Of a stretch of 64,000 bases of DNA, positions 39,491 through 48,964 are shown piece after piece. Each line of letters opens with the position of its first letter. The stretch's first letter is position 1. The notes beneath the pieces were generated by a model that was not told the origin of the DNA, made no database searches, and saw only the letters and a list, made by a program, of their open reading frames with translations. The stretch is from Candidatus Binataceae bacterium. GTDB taxonomy: Bacteria > Desulfobacterota > Binatia > Binatales > Binataceae. Position numbers and translations under genes: made by a program. Location of the stretch: NCBI GenBank assembly GCA_963752805.1, contig CAVWAA010000033.1:10505-74504 (forward strand). Direction: 5' to 3'.

Positions 39491-40180
39491 CTATTCGCTC
39501 AACTCAAACGGCCATGGGTTGCCATACCGGTCGAGACAGGCGATTTCGCGCACCGCTTTCCGCTTGACTGGGTAATGACGGCCCTGCGGATAGCCGATCG
39601 GCATCAGCGCGTAGGTTTGCACATCCGCAGGCAGCTTGAGGATCTCACGCACTTCCTCCTCAAAGAAAGCATGGATCGTGGTGAGGACGGTGCCGAGCCC
39701 GAACGCGCGGCAGGCGAGGATCACGTTCTGCACGGCCGGGTAGATACTCGAACCCCCAATCCGTGCGGCACTGGCCATCCGTGCCTTGAGGTCGGCGGGA
39801 AGACTGGATGCTCCCGTCCACATTGATGCTTTCAGGCACGGCACCAACAACACCGGCGCCTCACCCATATGCTCGAACAGGTGAGTAACCGCCCGCATAA
39901 ACCGCTGGTACCTGTTCTCGTCCATATGGGGCGGACGAGGAGCGCCGGCGTATAACTTCATCAGGATGTCAGACGCTTTCTTATAAACTGTTCCCAACTG
40001 CCTACGTGTTTCGGCGTCCTTGATGACGATGAAGACCCAGGACTGGGCATTACTACCGGACGGAGCACGGATAGCCGCGTCCAGGATTTTTGTGATGATC
40101 TCATCCGGGACCGGATCAGAGCGCAATCGCCGGATTGACCCGGCACTGTACATAATCTCAAAGAGATCCATTTCGGGCAT
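39491..40180 (-). CDS. nitroreductase-family protein
   Basis: 229 aa; ILDAAIRAPSGSNAQSWVFIVIKD, ..GSSIYPAVQNVILACRAFGLG. Confidence 0.8.
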   Translation of the reverse strand: MPEMDLFEIMYSAGSIRRLRSDPVPDEIITKILDAAIRAPSGSNAQSWVFIVIKDAETRRQLGTVYKKASDILMKLYAGAPRPPHMDENRYQRFMRAVTHLFEHMGEAPVLLVPCLKASMWTGASSLPADLKARMASAARIGGSSIYPAVQNVILACRAFGLGTVLTTIHAFFEEEVREILKLPADVQTYALMPIGYPQGRHYPVKRKAVREIACLDRYGNPWPFELSE

Positions 40181-40210
40181 AACTTGTTCCCTACGTTAGC
40201 CGCTTATATC

Positions 40211-40810
40211 TCAAGCGGGATGTGCTTGCGGCCGTCCCATCAACTTATCCCGCACCTTGCGGGCATCTTCCGGATTGCTGACCATGGGTCCCGGCTGCGC
40301 GCGGTGTTTCATAATCTTGTCGTCTTCGTTGAACGCGCGGACGGTCGTGCAGAATTCGAGCAGCAGGCCGTTGGGATCGTTGAAATAGATCGAACGGCAC
40401 CATTCGTGATCAACCACCGGAGTGACGTTAACGCCCTGCTTGAGCAGCTCTTCGCGTTTTTCTTCGAGCTCTTTGACCGAATTGCAATTGAACGCGAAGT
40501 GATAAAAGGCGGGGGGCAGATTCTGTGCGCTGTTAATATCAGTCTTGAATTCCTGCGGAATTCCCTGGACCTTCTCAGGACACATAAATGCCACCAAGGT
40601 TCCGTCCCCAGTATCCATAAACGCATGCCTGATGCGGCCACCGCCGGGCGGTTCCAGGATATCGCACCACGCGACCTTCCAGCCGAGAATGCTGGTGTAG
40701 AAATCCATCGTCCGATCGATATCCAACGTTGCCAGACCGAGATGATGCACTCCCTTGCGTTCCATCCGCGTTTTTTCCTCCGACGAAGTTTCTTCCACGT
40801 TCACTATCAC
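40211..40810 (-). CDS. VOC (glyoxalase/bleomycin-resistance/dioxygenase) family protein
   Basis: GVHHLGLATLDIDRTMDFYTSILGW and second half FYHFAFNCNSVKELEEKREELLKQGV; likely real start MERKGVHH at 40765. Confidence 0.8.
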   Translation of the reverse strand: MIVNVEETSSEEKTRMERKGVHHLGLATLDIDRTMDFYTSILGWKVAWCDILEPPGGGRIRHAFMDTGDGTLVAFMCPEKVQGIPQEFKTDINSAQNLPPAFYHFAFNCNSVKELEEKREELLKQGVNVTPVVDHEWCRSIYFNDPNGLLLEFCTTVRAFNEDDKIMKHRAQPGPMVSNPEDARKVRDKLMGRPQAHPA

Positions 40811-41037
40811 TTAATTGCACCAGCGGGAAAGGCATGAGTCGCGACACAGCCGAGCGCAAACTTCCAGGGCAAGCGCCGGAAAAGTCGGGCGGGCTTTCGC
40901 CTTTGGCGTCGCGGCGCGTCAAGCGCAATCGCAGATTAAAGCCTCTGGCACTTGAGCGGCCCGGGAAAAATATCGCTATCATCGCGTACTGCGCCTTTCG
41001 ACTGCGGCAGTATAGCTGGTAAAGCAAGAAAGCGGCG

Positions 41038-41131
41038 CAAACAATCGGTTCGACTTATTGAAGTTCATACCGCCTTCGTTAAAGCAAGGGAACATTTGTC
41101 CCAAACTAGCCGACGACGAGGCGGAAAAGTT
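41038..41131. repeat. 94-nt dispersed repeat, copy 1
   Basis: caaacaatcggttcgacttattgaagttcataccgccttcgttaaagcaagggaacatttgtcccaaactagccgacgacgaggcggaaaagtt vs 55455-55548: 6 mismatches by my count, same orientation. Confidence 0.85.
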
Positions 41132-41852
41132 CGCGCGTCAGCACGGGCCGCGCGTAACGCGCCGGCAGTTGCGCGCACGAGCGAGTAGAAAATACCGGCC
41201 GCGATTAAGCCCAACAACAGTGGGAAAACCACTTCGACCCTATCACCCACAACCGGACCCGCTGGTGAAATCCGAGAGGTCCTGGACCTCGGCGGTGTCG
41301 GCGGCCAACACCACATCGCACAGCAGCAGCTAACTCTGCATGAATCAAATTGGCGGAAGGTGCGCCCAGAAAGAGGCGATTCTCTGGTTATATTACCACG
41401 CAGCTGAAGGACGGCGGGACCCTCGAGAGGAACACTGCCCAGGCTTCAAGAGGTCACGCATTTGCCGAAAACGCCATACCCCGCCGGTGCAAGGACAACG
41501 GTGACAGCGTTTCCGGGGCAAGCCGAAACATTGCGCGCTTCAACTGACTAGCACTCTGCCGGGTCGTCTGTGGAGCCGATCAATGTAGGAGCTTCGCAGA
41601 TGATCCGTTCGCGCGTTAGAGATCTTTCCGCCGCGTCTCACTGGCGGTTTCGCGCGATCTTGCGCGCATTCTTCGGAACACCCAGCTATTCGCCCGTTGG
41701 CAGTCCGACAGTGACAATTGCTCATCAGTACCCGCTCGCCAGAATATTAGCGGACCACTCTAAATATGCAGCCGCCCGTAACGCGTGTCGCTATAAGATT
41801 CCTCCTGAATCTGTTGTCATGCCGTGGAAAGTATCGCTCTCTTCACTCTCAG

Positions 41853-42161
41853 CTAAGCCTTGCCCATCTGCTTCGGTCCTTTCAGCTTGGCACGCAGAGC
41901 GGCAACAGGAATCGCTGGCAGAGTGACAATGTTCACGGTTCCCCGCGATCCGAGATCGACCGACAAATGAGCGACGGTCTCATTGTCGGGAGCCTCGACA
42001 ATGGTGATGAAGTCGCACTGCCCGAGGACCGCATACTGCGCGACAACGGTGCAACCGAAGTTGGCAATCTCCTGATTCACCGCCTCCAGACGGTCGGGGT
42101 CCTTGTGCAAAGTCTGGCGCCCCTCCGGCGTCAGGGTGCTCAACAAAACGTATGTTGGCAT
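41853..42161 (-). CDS. GYD-domain protein
   Basis: MPTYVLLSTLTPEGRQTLHKDPDRLEAVNQEIANFGCTVVAQYAVLGQCDFITIVEAPDNETV..: canonical GYD-family layout (G-x-x-DF core). Confidence 0.8.
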   Translation of the reverse strand: MPTYVLLSTLTPEGRQTLHKDPDRLEAVNQEIANFGCTVVAQYAVLGQCDFITIVEAPDNETVAHLSVDLGSRGTVNIVTLPAIPVAALRAKLKGPKQMGKA

Positions 42162-42590
42162 GGGATGCCCTCCTCACTCAGCCCGAGTGGTCAACGAACT
42201 ACTCTCACGAGTGTTCCGCTGCCCGTTAGACCACGGAGTCAGACTATCAAACGTCAGGTCGCTCCATCGTTTTTGCGACCACGGCAACAAGGCTGCGCCT
42301 CAGTGGCCAAAAGATCAAGTGGGAATCGATCGCAAGAGGTTCTCCGAGTTCACGCCGAACCATACTATGGTTAGTGCACCTTGCACTGTTCCGAGCAAGG
42401 AGATCGCGACATAAAGCCATTGGGCTCCTTTTGGTCGCCTTGACACGATGACACATCGAAGGCTCTTCAATTCGGGCGGTTGGACAGAGGTGGCGTTTTG
42501 CACGGTCGGCGAGCAGTGCTATATGCGAAATTACAAGATACCAAAGCCAGGATGTAGTTACCGCAAACCTCTCTCATCAAGGAGCCAGCC

Positions 42591-42902
42591 ATGTACACCC
42601 GTCTATTTTTTGGCGAGATTCAGCAGGGCAAGGCTGAAGAAGCGTGGCAAATCCTCAGCGAATTCGCACAACGCGTCAAGCAGCAAAAGGGCTGCGTCCT
42701 CAATCAAGTGCTGCAAAGCGGCAACGAAATCGTCGGCATTACCAGCTGGCAGACTCAGCAAGACTTGGCCAGTTATGCTGAGGGTGAGTTGGCGCGTGAA
42801 CTCTTCAGGCGAATAACGCCGCTTTTTATGGGAATGCCAACCGTGCGCACCTTTGAGGTCAGGCTGAATCTTGCCGACCCGGCCGCCCTCAACCCAGCCT
42901 GA
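42591..42902 (+). CDS. small ABM/Dabb-like (antibiotic-biosynthesis-monooxygenase fold) protein
   Basis: 103 aa, MYTRLFFGEIQQGKAEEAWQILSEFAQRVKQQKGCVLNQVLQSGNEIVGITSWQTQQDLASY; assignment tentative, by pattern only. Confidence 0.55.
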   Translation: MYTRLFFGEIQQGKAEEAWQILSEFAQRVKQQKGCVLNQVLQSGNEIVGITSWQTQQDLASYAEGELARELFRRITPLFMGMPTVRTFEVRLNLADPAALNPA

Positions 42903-42913
42903 GGAGGCAGTCT

Positions 42914-43561
42914 ATGTTCCAGCTAACTAAGATTTGGGTGGACCCCAATCCAAACGTCGATTCGGTCGAGATTCGATACACGTGGTCAGCCTTGGGGTCG
43001 CCGCCAAAATGGGGCGGCAACGAAGAATCCGAGGTGATGATGGTAGTGCCGAATACCAACCCGCGGATTCGCCAGGCAACTTTGGAAATCCCGCGCTATC
43101 TCGATGGCAAGGACAAGTACTCGTTGCACTACCAGTTTGGCGGCGGCGGTGAACATCACGAGGGATTTTCCCGCATCTTCACCGAAGAGATCGTGGCCCG
43201 GGAGGTCCCCTATGTTGACAAGGAGGGTCGGGTCACCGAGGTGCGGTTGCTTTGGAGCGTTGGCGGGGGGTGGACGGCTCCCAACTGGACCCAATCGAGG
43301 CTCGAAGGTCTCCCGCTTAACATTGGAAAGGATACGCCGGGGCATGACGCTGAGGGAGAAGGAATCGCGGATGAGGCGATTTACGAACTGGTCCAGACTG
43401 TGCCGCTACCGCGCCGATTCATCGCTAAAGTTTGGGGACCCCGCGGAGAGACGGTCCAGTATTCATTCCAACTCATACGCAGCAATACGCCGATCCCTGA
43501 AGATGAGTTCGAGCGCTGGGACGACAATCAGAGCCGTAACTACACTCTATCGCTGGCGTGA
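42914..43561 (+). CDS. uncharacterised protein, divergent member (A) of a three-member paralog family
   Basis: 215 aa; 11 nt after ABM-like stop; shares VEIRYTW, FTEEIVAREVPYVD, VPLPRRFIAKVWGPRG, ERWDDN blocks with 43973-44719 and 51776-52519. Confidence 0.65.
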   Translation: MFQLTKIWVDPNPNVDSVEIRYTWSALGSPPKWGGNEESEVMMVVPNTNPRIRQATLEIPRYLDGKDKYSLHYQFGGGGEHHEGFSRIFTEEIVAREVPYVDKEGRVTEVRLLWSVGGGWTAPNWTQSRLEGLPLNIGKDTPGHDAEGEGIADEAIYELVQTVPLPRRFIAKVWGPRGETVQYSFQLIRSNTPIPEDEFERWDDNQSRNYTLSLA

Positions 43562-43573
43562 CCGCAGTCTAAA

Positions 43574-43900
43574 ATGACTAGGATGAGCTTGGAGCTATCT
43601 GACATGCCGGACACGGGAACGCAGCAATTCGAAGGGATAATACTGCGCGGCAGGAAGCTTCTGGCCTGCGGGGCGTGTGGATGGATCCATTACGTGATGA
43701 GCGCCGAGGAAAAGGTAGCTCAGGACCGGACGATGGAACGCTACCATCTAGACGCGGCGGAACGACTGACCTATGAAGCAGCGTTTCGGCAATGCTTGCG
43801 CTGCGAATCGCCACTGAGCGGATTCCGCGATGCGATCGACAGCGACCTCGATCGCGCTGTCGGCCACATCGTGACTCCGGTTCTGCTCGACTCAACTTAG
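43574..43900 (+). CDS. small zinc-ribbon-like protein (two CxxC pairs)
   Basis: 108 aa; CGACGW ... CLRCES; starts 12 nt after paralog A stop. Confidence 0.5.
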   Translation: MTRMSLELSDMPDTGTQQFEGIILRGRKLLACGACGWIHYVMSAEEKVAQDRTMERYHLDAAERLTYEAAFRQCLRCESPLSGFRDAIDSDLDRAVGHIVTPVLLDST

Positions 43901-43972
43901 TCGGCGGCGACCGGCTGTTGCTCGGTTAGGTTTGTAGGACAACTTTACCTGCTTCCCGGCGCTCGCTGGTGC

Positions 43973-44719
43973 TCAGAGAACGTGCACGACATTACCCCAA
44001 TAATCTTCCCACCGATCTGCCGGATTCTCCTGCCAGAGATTGCCAACGTGCCATCGTTGATGTATCTGAGCGCCTTTGGGACCGCGAATCCGGCCGAGGA
44101 AGCGGCGGGGTAGAGGTAGCGCCGCTAACATCTGCGAACGAGTACGTGAGAAATTCTCCTTCTCCTCGGTACCGTAGAACTTGAACGATCGGTAGGGACT
44201 GTCTTCGCCGTAGCGCGCAATGAAGTTCGGCTCCTCGGTCGGCTGGTATTGCGGCGAGTCCCAGTCGTAGATGCTCCAGTAGATACACATTCCACCGAGA
44301 TTGCCCTGGTAGTCGACATACTCGACTTCCTTGCTGACGATTTCCTCGGTATACAGCTGAGTCAGTTCGCGCTTGCCATCGCGAAAAATTTCGAAATAAT
44401 GATGGAAGAGATAATTGTCGGCGTATTTGCCTGTCCCCGGGTCTTCGATCTCGTTTGGTAACTTGATGATTTTTCGACGCACGCCGTCATCTGGCAGCTG
44501 GATGGTCTCGCTTTGGGTCTGCACCGGCTGACCTGAATCATCGAGTGTGGTTCCGCCCATACCTCTCACCAGCACGCCCCCGCGCGGCATCGCCCGCGTC
44601 TCGCGTAGCGACTGCCAGTTCGGCATTTCACCAAGCGGTGTCCAGGTATAATGAATGTTGACCAGCTCGATGCCGGGTACCATATCGACAAAGGTTTTTT
44701 TCATGTAGAAGGAAAACAT
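43973..44719 (-). CDS. uncharacterised protein, paralog B of the three-member family
   Basis: 248 aa; VNIHYTWTPLG, RGMGGTTLDD, YLFHHYFEIF, YTEEIVSKEVEYVD, LPLPRRFLGRIRGPKG, ADRWEDYW. Confidence 0.7.
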   Translation of the reverse strand: MFSFYMKKTFVDMVPGIELVNIHYTWTPLGEMPNWQSLRETRAMPRGGVLVRGMGGTTLDDSGQPVQTQSETIQLPDDGVRRKIIKLPNEIEDPGTGKYADNYLFHHYFEIFRDGKRELTQLYTEEIVSKEVEYVDYQGNLGGMCIYWSIYDWDSPQYQPTEEPNFIARYGEDSPYRSFKFYGTEEKENFSRTRSQMLAALPLPRRFLGRIRGPKGAQIHQRWHVGNLWQENPADRWEDYWGNVVHVL

Positions 44720-45434
44720 CTTACGTCTCCCTCCGGGCTATATTTGGCGCGTGGCTTCCGGATTCTTTCCACCTAAGCGAGGTCTAGCAGAATCTGCGTC
44801 CGAGGGCGAATGGCAGAAGGAGGTGTATTTGCGCGAAGAAGAACGAATCGATAGAGGCGAATTGACCACTTCTTTGTTCCACTGGTCTCATGTCTGCGTG
44901 CTCATCGCAGCGCCACGGGGTGGTGTCCATTTGCCACACCGACCCGATGCAGGCCAAAAGCTTGCCGATGCGTTTACGATTCGATAGGTCCGCTTGCCCC
45001 TTGTACCCGTTGAGCTCACGATCCAGCCAGCGTTTGAAGGGGTCATTGTTTAGCTGTAAAGCAATTATTTTCGATTTGCGCAGTGCGACGGGGTCTCACT
45101 TAACGCCTGCTTCTCGAATCTCGTGAGCAGGCTCATGACCCACGCCTTTTCCTTAAAAGCGGACGTTTGTTCACCAGGGATTCATTTGAACACTCTCTAA
45201 TCCCCATCAAGTCAGTTCGCCGGCACTGCCGCTTTCGCTGAGCTGCAGCTATCCTCTCAGGACAGACGTTCATCCCTACTGATACCGTCTACGGTGGCCT
45301 TGAAAACAGTTCCACCGGCCCCATGTCTATCAGCAGAAATTGGCACCTTTCGCTTCGGCCGGACGCACCTTATTATGCGCGCGCCTCCTGCAACCTCAGG
45401 TGTGCAGCCCTAGCTTGCGCTGCCGGCGTGAGTG

Positions 45435-45854
45435 TCAACACCGGACACGGCGCCGCAGCACCTCTTCGGCCACGCTGCCCAAAATCAGATGCGAGAGACC
45501 TTTACGCCCGTGCGTCTTGAGAACGATTAGGTCCGCGTCAACTTCGGTTGCAACCCGGACCACCGCCTTGGCGAGTGCGCGCTCGGACGCAGACGCAGTG
45601 TGAATCGTGTGCTGCACTCCGGCCAGGTGCCGCTCGGCGATCTCCTGCAGCTTCGCTCGCGCCTGCTCCTCTGCGGGCGAATGCTCGTCCTCGCTAACCT
45701 CGGGCTCGCCAATCGCGCGAAGCTTTGCCACCACGTGCAGCAAATGCAGGGTTGCGCCATGGTCGGCCGCGACCAGCTTGGCAAGGCCGAGTGCTAATAG
45801 CGAGGGATCGTCGAACTGAATCGGGTTCAGGATTGAGCGATACGGGTAAGCCAT
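45435..45854 (-). CDS. universal stress protein (UspA family), C-terminal tail altered by a 1-nt frameshift
   Basis: MAYPYRSILNPIQFDD...LHLLHVV...DADLIVLKTHGRKGLSHLILGSVAEEVLRR then RVRC*; shifting one nt gives the expected APCPVLTLTPAA... tail. GGGAGGAG upstream of ATG 45854. Confidence 0.75.
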   Translation of the reverse strand: MAYPYRSILNPIQFDDPSLLALGLAKLVAADHGATLHLLHVVAKLRAIGEPEVSEDEHSPAEEQARAKLQEIAERHLAGVQHTIHTASASERALAKAVVRVATEVDADLIVLKTHGRKGLSHLILGSVAEEVLRRRVRC

Positions 45855-46407
45855 CGTCGCTCCTCCCAGTCTGATTGACTGATTGTGGCCGACTACCACT
45901 AATACTGATTCTTCCCGGCTGCTTCGCGGATCGCAAGGGTACGTTCTCGGCGCGATTAGAATGTCCGCGCCGAGAGCGCAACTTGGCTATGGGGAACCAC
46001 CCGTTTCCATAGCCGGTATATGGCTTGCGGTGAAAGTCCCGTGTCCTCTGACGCGTTCCCGTAATCGGCTCTTGAGGCTCATTTCGGCTGGCGGCGCGAA
46101 GAGTGTTCGTTTCACGCTCGCCTCCAAGCGACAAGTGATCATCATGCGTGGACTGGCGATTGTCAAAAGGTCGCGCGCCGCTGCGTGAACTCCCAGCACT
46201 CTCTGATGGAAGTTAAAGCGCTACCCGCCGAGCGGGAATGTGTATCGGGACACGCACACAATGCCCGGCATAAGGGCAGGAGGCTCGGGCGATCGTTAAC
46301 CAGCCTCAAGGTGTGCCTCCCAGGCCTGAGTGTCAGGAGAGGTTCAATTGAAGAATGTGAGGCGCTTGTAATGGTTAGCGACTCAGCATGGAAACCGACA
46401 AGAAGAA

Positions 46408-46845
46408 CTAGGCGTCACCACGCCGGCGGAGCATTTTATCAATCTCTGCCAAGTGCATTTCCTCGCCACGAATTTTCATTCGAGCAAACTCTTCCAGTGA
46501 TATGCTCCATCCGTCGCTGAGCTTGAGCAGCTTTCGATAAAGTTCGATACCCCTGCGCTCGTGAACCACTAGCTCCTGTAAAATATCGTCCACCGATGCG
46601 TGATGAGTTCCCGCCAGCTCTCCGATATCCAGCGAGACTCGTCCGCCCATTGCCGTTACTTCTTCGCCGGCTTCGGTCGCATGGAGCAGCGCCTCGGAGG
46701 CCTGCTGCCGCATCCAATGCATGATCGGAATACGAGCATGTCCGAAGATCATTAAAGAGTACTGCGTATAACGGACCGCACCTGCGAGCTCCAGTTCGAC
46801 CAGTCGGTTCAGAACCGCGATGGCCTCTGCTCTATTGTCTTCCAT
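46408..46845 (-). CDS. ferritin-like superfamily protein (bacterioferritin/Dps-like)
   Basis: MEDNRAEAIAVLNRLVELELAGAVRYTQY...SEALLHATEAGEEVTAMGG...ILQELVVHERRGIELYRKLL...IRGEEMHLAEIDKML: four-helix-bundle pattern with E/H metal ligands; Met at 46845. Confidence 0.65.
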   Translation of the reverse strand: MEDNRAEAIAVLNRLVELELAGAVRYTQYSLMIFGHARIPIMHWMRQQASEALLHATEAGEEVTAMGGRVSLDIGELAGTHHASVDDILQELVVHERRGIELYRKLLKLSDGWSISLEEFARMKIRGEEMHLAEIDKMLRRRGDA

Positions 46846-46936
46846 AGCATCACCCTTACTCAGGCTGCCCAAATCAGTTGGCTTTCGGGTCGGAAGGCTG
46901 GTGGCCCATCTGCAGCACATTGGCCTTTCGACTTAT

Positions 46937-47476
46937 TCAGGCCCCGTCTCGGCTTCGAAAGCCGACGCGTGGGTCCGGCGGAAGATTGAGGATCTCGGGC
47001 TTGAAGAAATCGCTCAAATAGTCGATCAAGTCGCGCATCGAAACTACAGCTACCGGTCGGTTCTGGTCGTCAACCAGCGGAATGTGTCGAAAACCCTCGA
47101 TCAGCATTTTATTCAGGGCGAAGGCGACGCTGGCTTCGACCGGCAATGTCACTGGGTCGACGGTCATGACCTGACTGACCGCGGTATGCCCGAGATCAGT
47201 CGGCTGACCGGCGACTTTCATCAGCACATCGCGCTCCGTGAAGATGCCGACCAGCGTTCCGCTGCTGACGACCAGGACGGCGCCACGGTTACCCTCGCGC
47301 ATCAGCTGAAGTACTTGGACCAGAGGGGTCGTTGCGTCAACCGAAAGCGCCGGATGGCTGGCGGTGTTTCCTACGCTCTCGTTCGCCAGAACCGACTCGA
47401 GATCTGGGGAACCGGGACACTCCTCCTCCGACACTCGTGAGGTCTCATCGTCAGGAATTTTCATCGCATTTCCCAA
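46937..47476 (-). CDS. CBS-domain pair protein
   Basis: Two CBS repeats (..LMREGNRGAVLVVSSGTLVGIFTERDVL.. and ..VMTVDPVTLPVEASVAFALNKMLIEGFRHIPLVDDQNRPVAVVSMRDLIDYL). Confidence 0.8.
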   Translation of the reverse strand: MGNAMKIPDDETSRVSEEECPGSPDLESVLANESVGNTASHPALSVDATTPLVQVLQLMREGNRGAVLVVSSGTLVGIFTERDVLMKVAGQPTDLGHTAVSQVMTVDPVTLPVEASVAFALNKMLIEGFRHIPLVDDQNRPVAVVSMRDLIDYLSDFFKPEILNLPPDPRVGFRSRDGA

Positions 47477-47585
47477 TTGTGTGAATCCAAAACGCTTTTC
47501 GCCACGGCTAAGGACGTGGCTCGTGATTGATACCAGCCTTGCGTCCCTCGTTTAGGACGTGGAACCTTATAAGGTCTCAATCTCC

Positions 47586-47924
47586 TTAAGCAGTGTTTTC
47601 TTCTCGACTAGACCCGTCCGCAGGACGCATTTCATCTACTACTTTCACGAATTGTTCGAACGGCAGTGCGGGCATGGTGGTAACCTGAAAGGTGCCATGG
47701 GCGGCAGCCAGAATGCCTCGTCGGAAAAGGTGCTCGACCACGTTCTGATCGGGCACCTCGATAATCGAAACGAAATCATACTCTCCTAGCGTTGCGTACA
47801 AATCGATGATGCGATACCCGGTTTGGGCGAAAAAGATCTTCGTGTCCTCATAAACTGCCCGTGCCTGCTCGATGCTCATCGCTCCTTCCCGCGTAAGCTT
47901 TAACAGAATCACTGCGCGTGCCAT
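47586..47924 (-). CDS. GYD-domain protein (second copy)
   Basis: MARAVILLKLTREGAMSIEQARAVYEDTKIFFAQTGYRIIDLYATLGEYDFVSIIEVPDQNVV; Met at 47924. Confidence 0.75.
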   Translation of the reverse strand: MARAVILLKLTREGAMSIEQARAVYEDTKIFFAQTGYRIIDLYATLGEYDFVSIIEVPDQNVVEHLFRRGILAAAHGTFQVTTMPALPFEQFVKVVDEMRPADGSSREENTA

Positions 47925-48322
47925 GGCGGCCTCCATACACTCTCTGCGTCCTCGCGGATCCACGAATCGCAATCACCCAATTGTCGCGACTTGTCAACTA
48001 TGCAGCTGAACGTGTGGAACGTTCAGGACTTCTCTAATTTCAGTTGATTCAAAACTTTCTCAACGAACTCTTTCTCAACGTAATCCGAAGGTCGTGGGCT
48101 TCTGTCTCGACGATTTCCATTCTTAGATCGAAAGGTAATTGTCCGAAAATCGATTGTAGCTCTTCGGCCTCGTCAGAAGTAAGTTCAATCATTACAATCG
48201 TGCCTCCAGGGTGAGACCCGCCGCCTGGGGCTGCCGTGCTCTAGCCGGGATTCCGAAGCATCCTTAAATATCGACATGCGCGCAGAACGCACGGCTATGC
48301 GGCAGAACGCATAGCTAAAAAC

Positions 48323-48964
48323 CTATGTTGGCGCATGCTCTCGCGGGCGATGAACGTCGTAAGCCATTAATAGGAGGTCCCGGCAATGACGGTCACGATC
48401 TTCGACCCAGTCCGGCAGTAGCGCCTCCACATGAAAGCCGAGCCTTTCGAACAGAGCCCGCGCGCTCTTATGGTCCGCCACCATCTGCGCAGTGATTTTT
48501 CTAAGCTCTAGAATCCCCGCCAGCGCCACTATCTCCGTGCAGAGTCCCTCGCCCAGCCCTCTGGACCGCCATTCGGGCGTGATGTTAATCGCAATCTCAC
48601 CGACCCTCCGTGTCCATCGAAGCGGGTTCACATGAAGGCTGGCGTAGCCAGCCAACAACCCGTCAGGCTCGGCTAAGAGAGTAGCCATATTGCCCTTCTC
48701 GATATTCGTGATCCACTCGTCCACGCTCGCCGGGTCGGTGATATCGCTGTGCAGAAACAGGAGGTCTTCTTGAGGAAGACTGCGCGCAAACTGGAGGATT
48801 GCGGCCTTGTCGGCCGCTCCCATCAGGCGCAGCGAAACCGGTTGGACCTGATGAGGCTGACCAGCGGGCCGAATGCGCAAGAACTGCGGACCGGGAGGTA
48901 CTAGACTCGCATCCAACTCGATTTTTTTAGGATAGCGCCGGATGATTTCTTCACTCGTACCCAT
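48323..48964 (-). CDS. GNAT-family acetyltransferase
   Basis: Start MGTSEEIIRRYP at 48964; motif A PEWRSRGLGEGLCTEI; ..ARALFERLGFHVEA. Confidence 0.75.
   Translation of the reverse strand: MGTSEEIIRRYPKKIELDASLVPPGPQFLRIRPAGQPHQVQPVSLRLMGAADKAAILQFARSLPQEDLLFLHSDITDPASVDEWITNIEKGNMATLLAEPDGLLAGYASLHVNPLRWTRRVGEIAINITPEWRSRGLGEGLCTEIVALAGILELRKITAQMVADHKSARALFERLGFHVEALLPDWVEDRDRHCRDLLLMAYDVHRPREHAPT

Noticed and set aside
37292-40837. Antisense ORFs of 200+ aa opposite the CoA-transferase and VOC genes (37292-37939, 40184-40837).
   Set aside because: The opposite strand carries strong family motifs. These frames have a skewed composition and no motifs, which is a typical GC-rich shadow-ORF artefact. 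The same reasoning applies to 11686-12387, 16796-17671, 9862-10458, 60438-60968 and 62088-62600.
41084-41104. A sigma-54-type promoter (TGGxxx...TTGC) on the minus strand of the 94-nt repeat: ttgggacaaatgttcccttgc.
   Set aside because: The GG-to-GC spacing is about 16 nt instead of the canonical 12, and the -24 element is GGGAC rather than GGCAC. It does not fit the consensus.
44780-45100. A minus-strand reading ..LRKSKIIALQLNNDPFKRWLDRELNGYKGQADL.. reminiscent of the W...EL.GY motif of AbiTii-type abortive-infection proteins.
   Set aside because: It has no start codon and an upstream stop. Only one short motif resembles the family, and the remainder is not protein-like. At most it is a tiny relic, and there is not enough evidence to annotate it.
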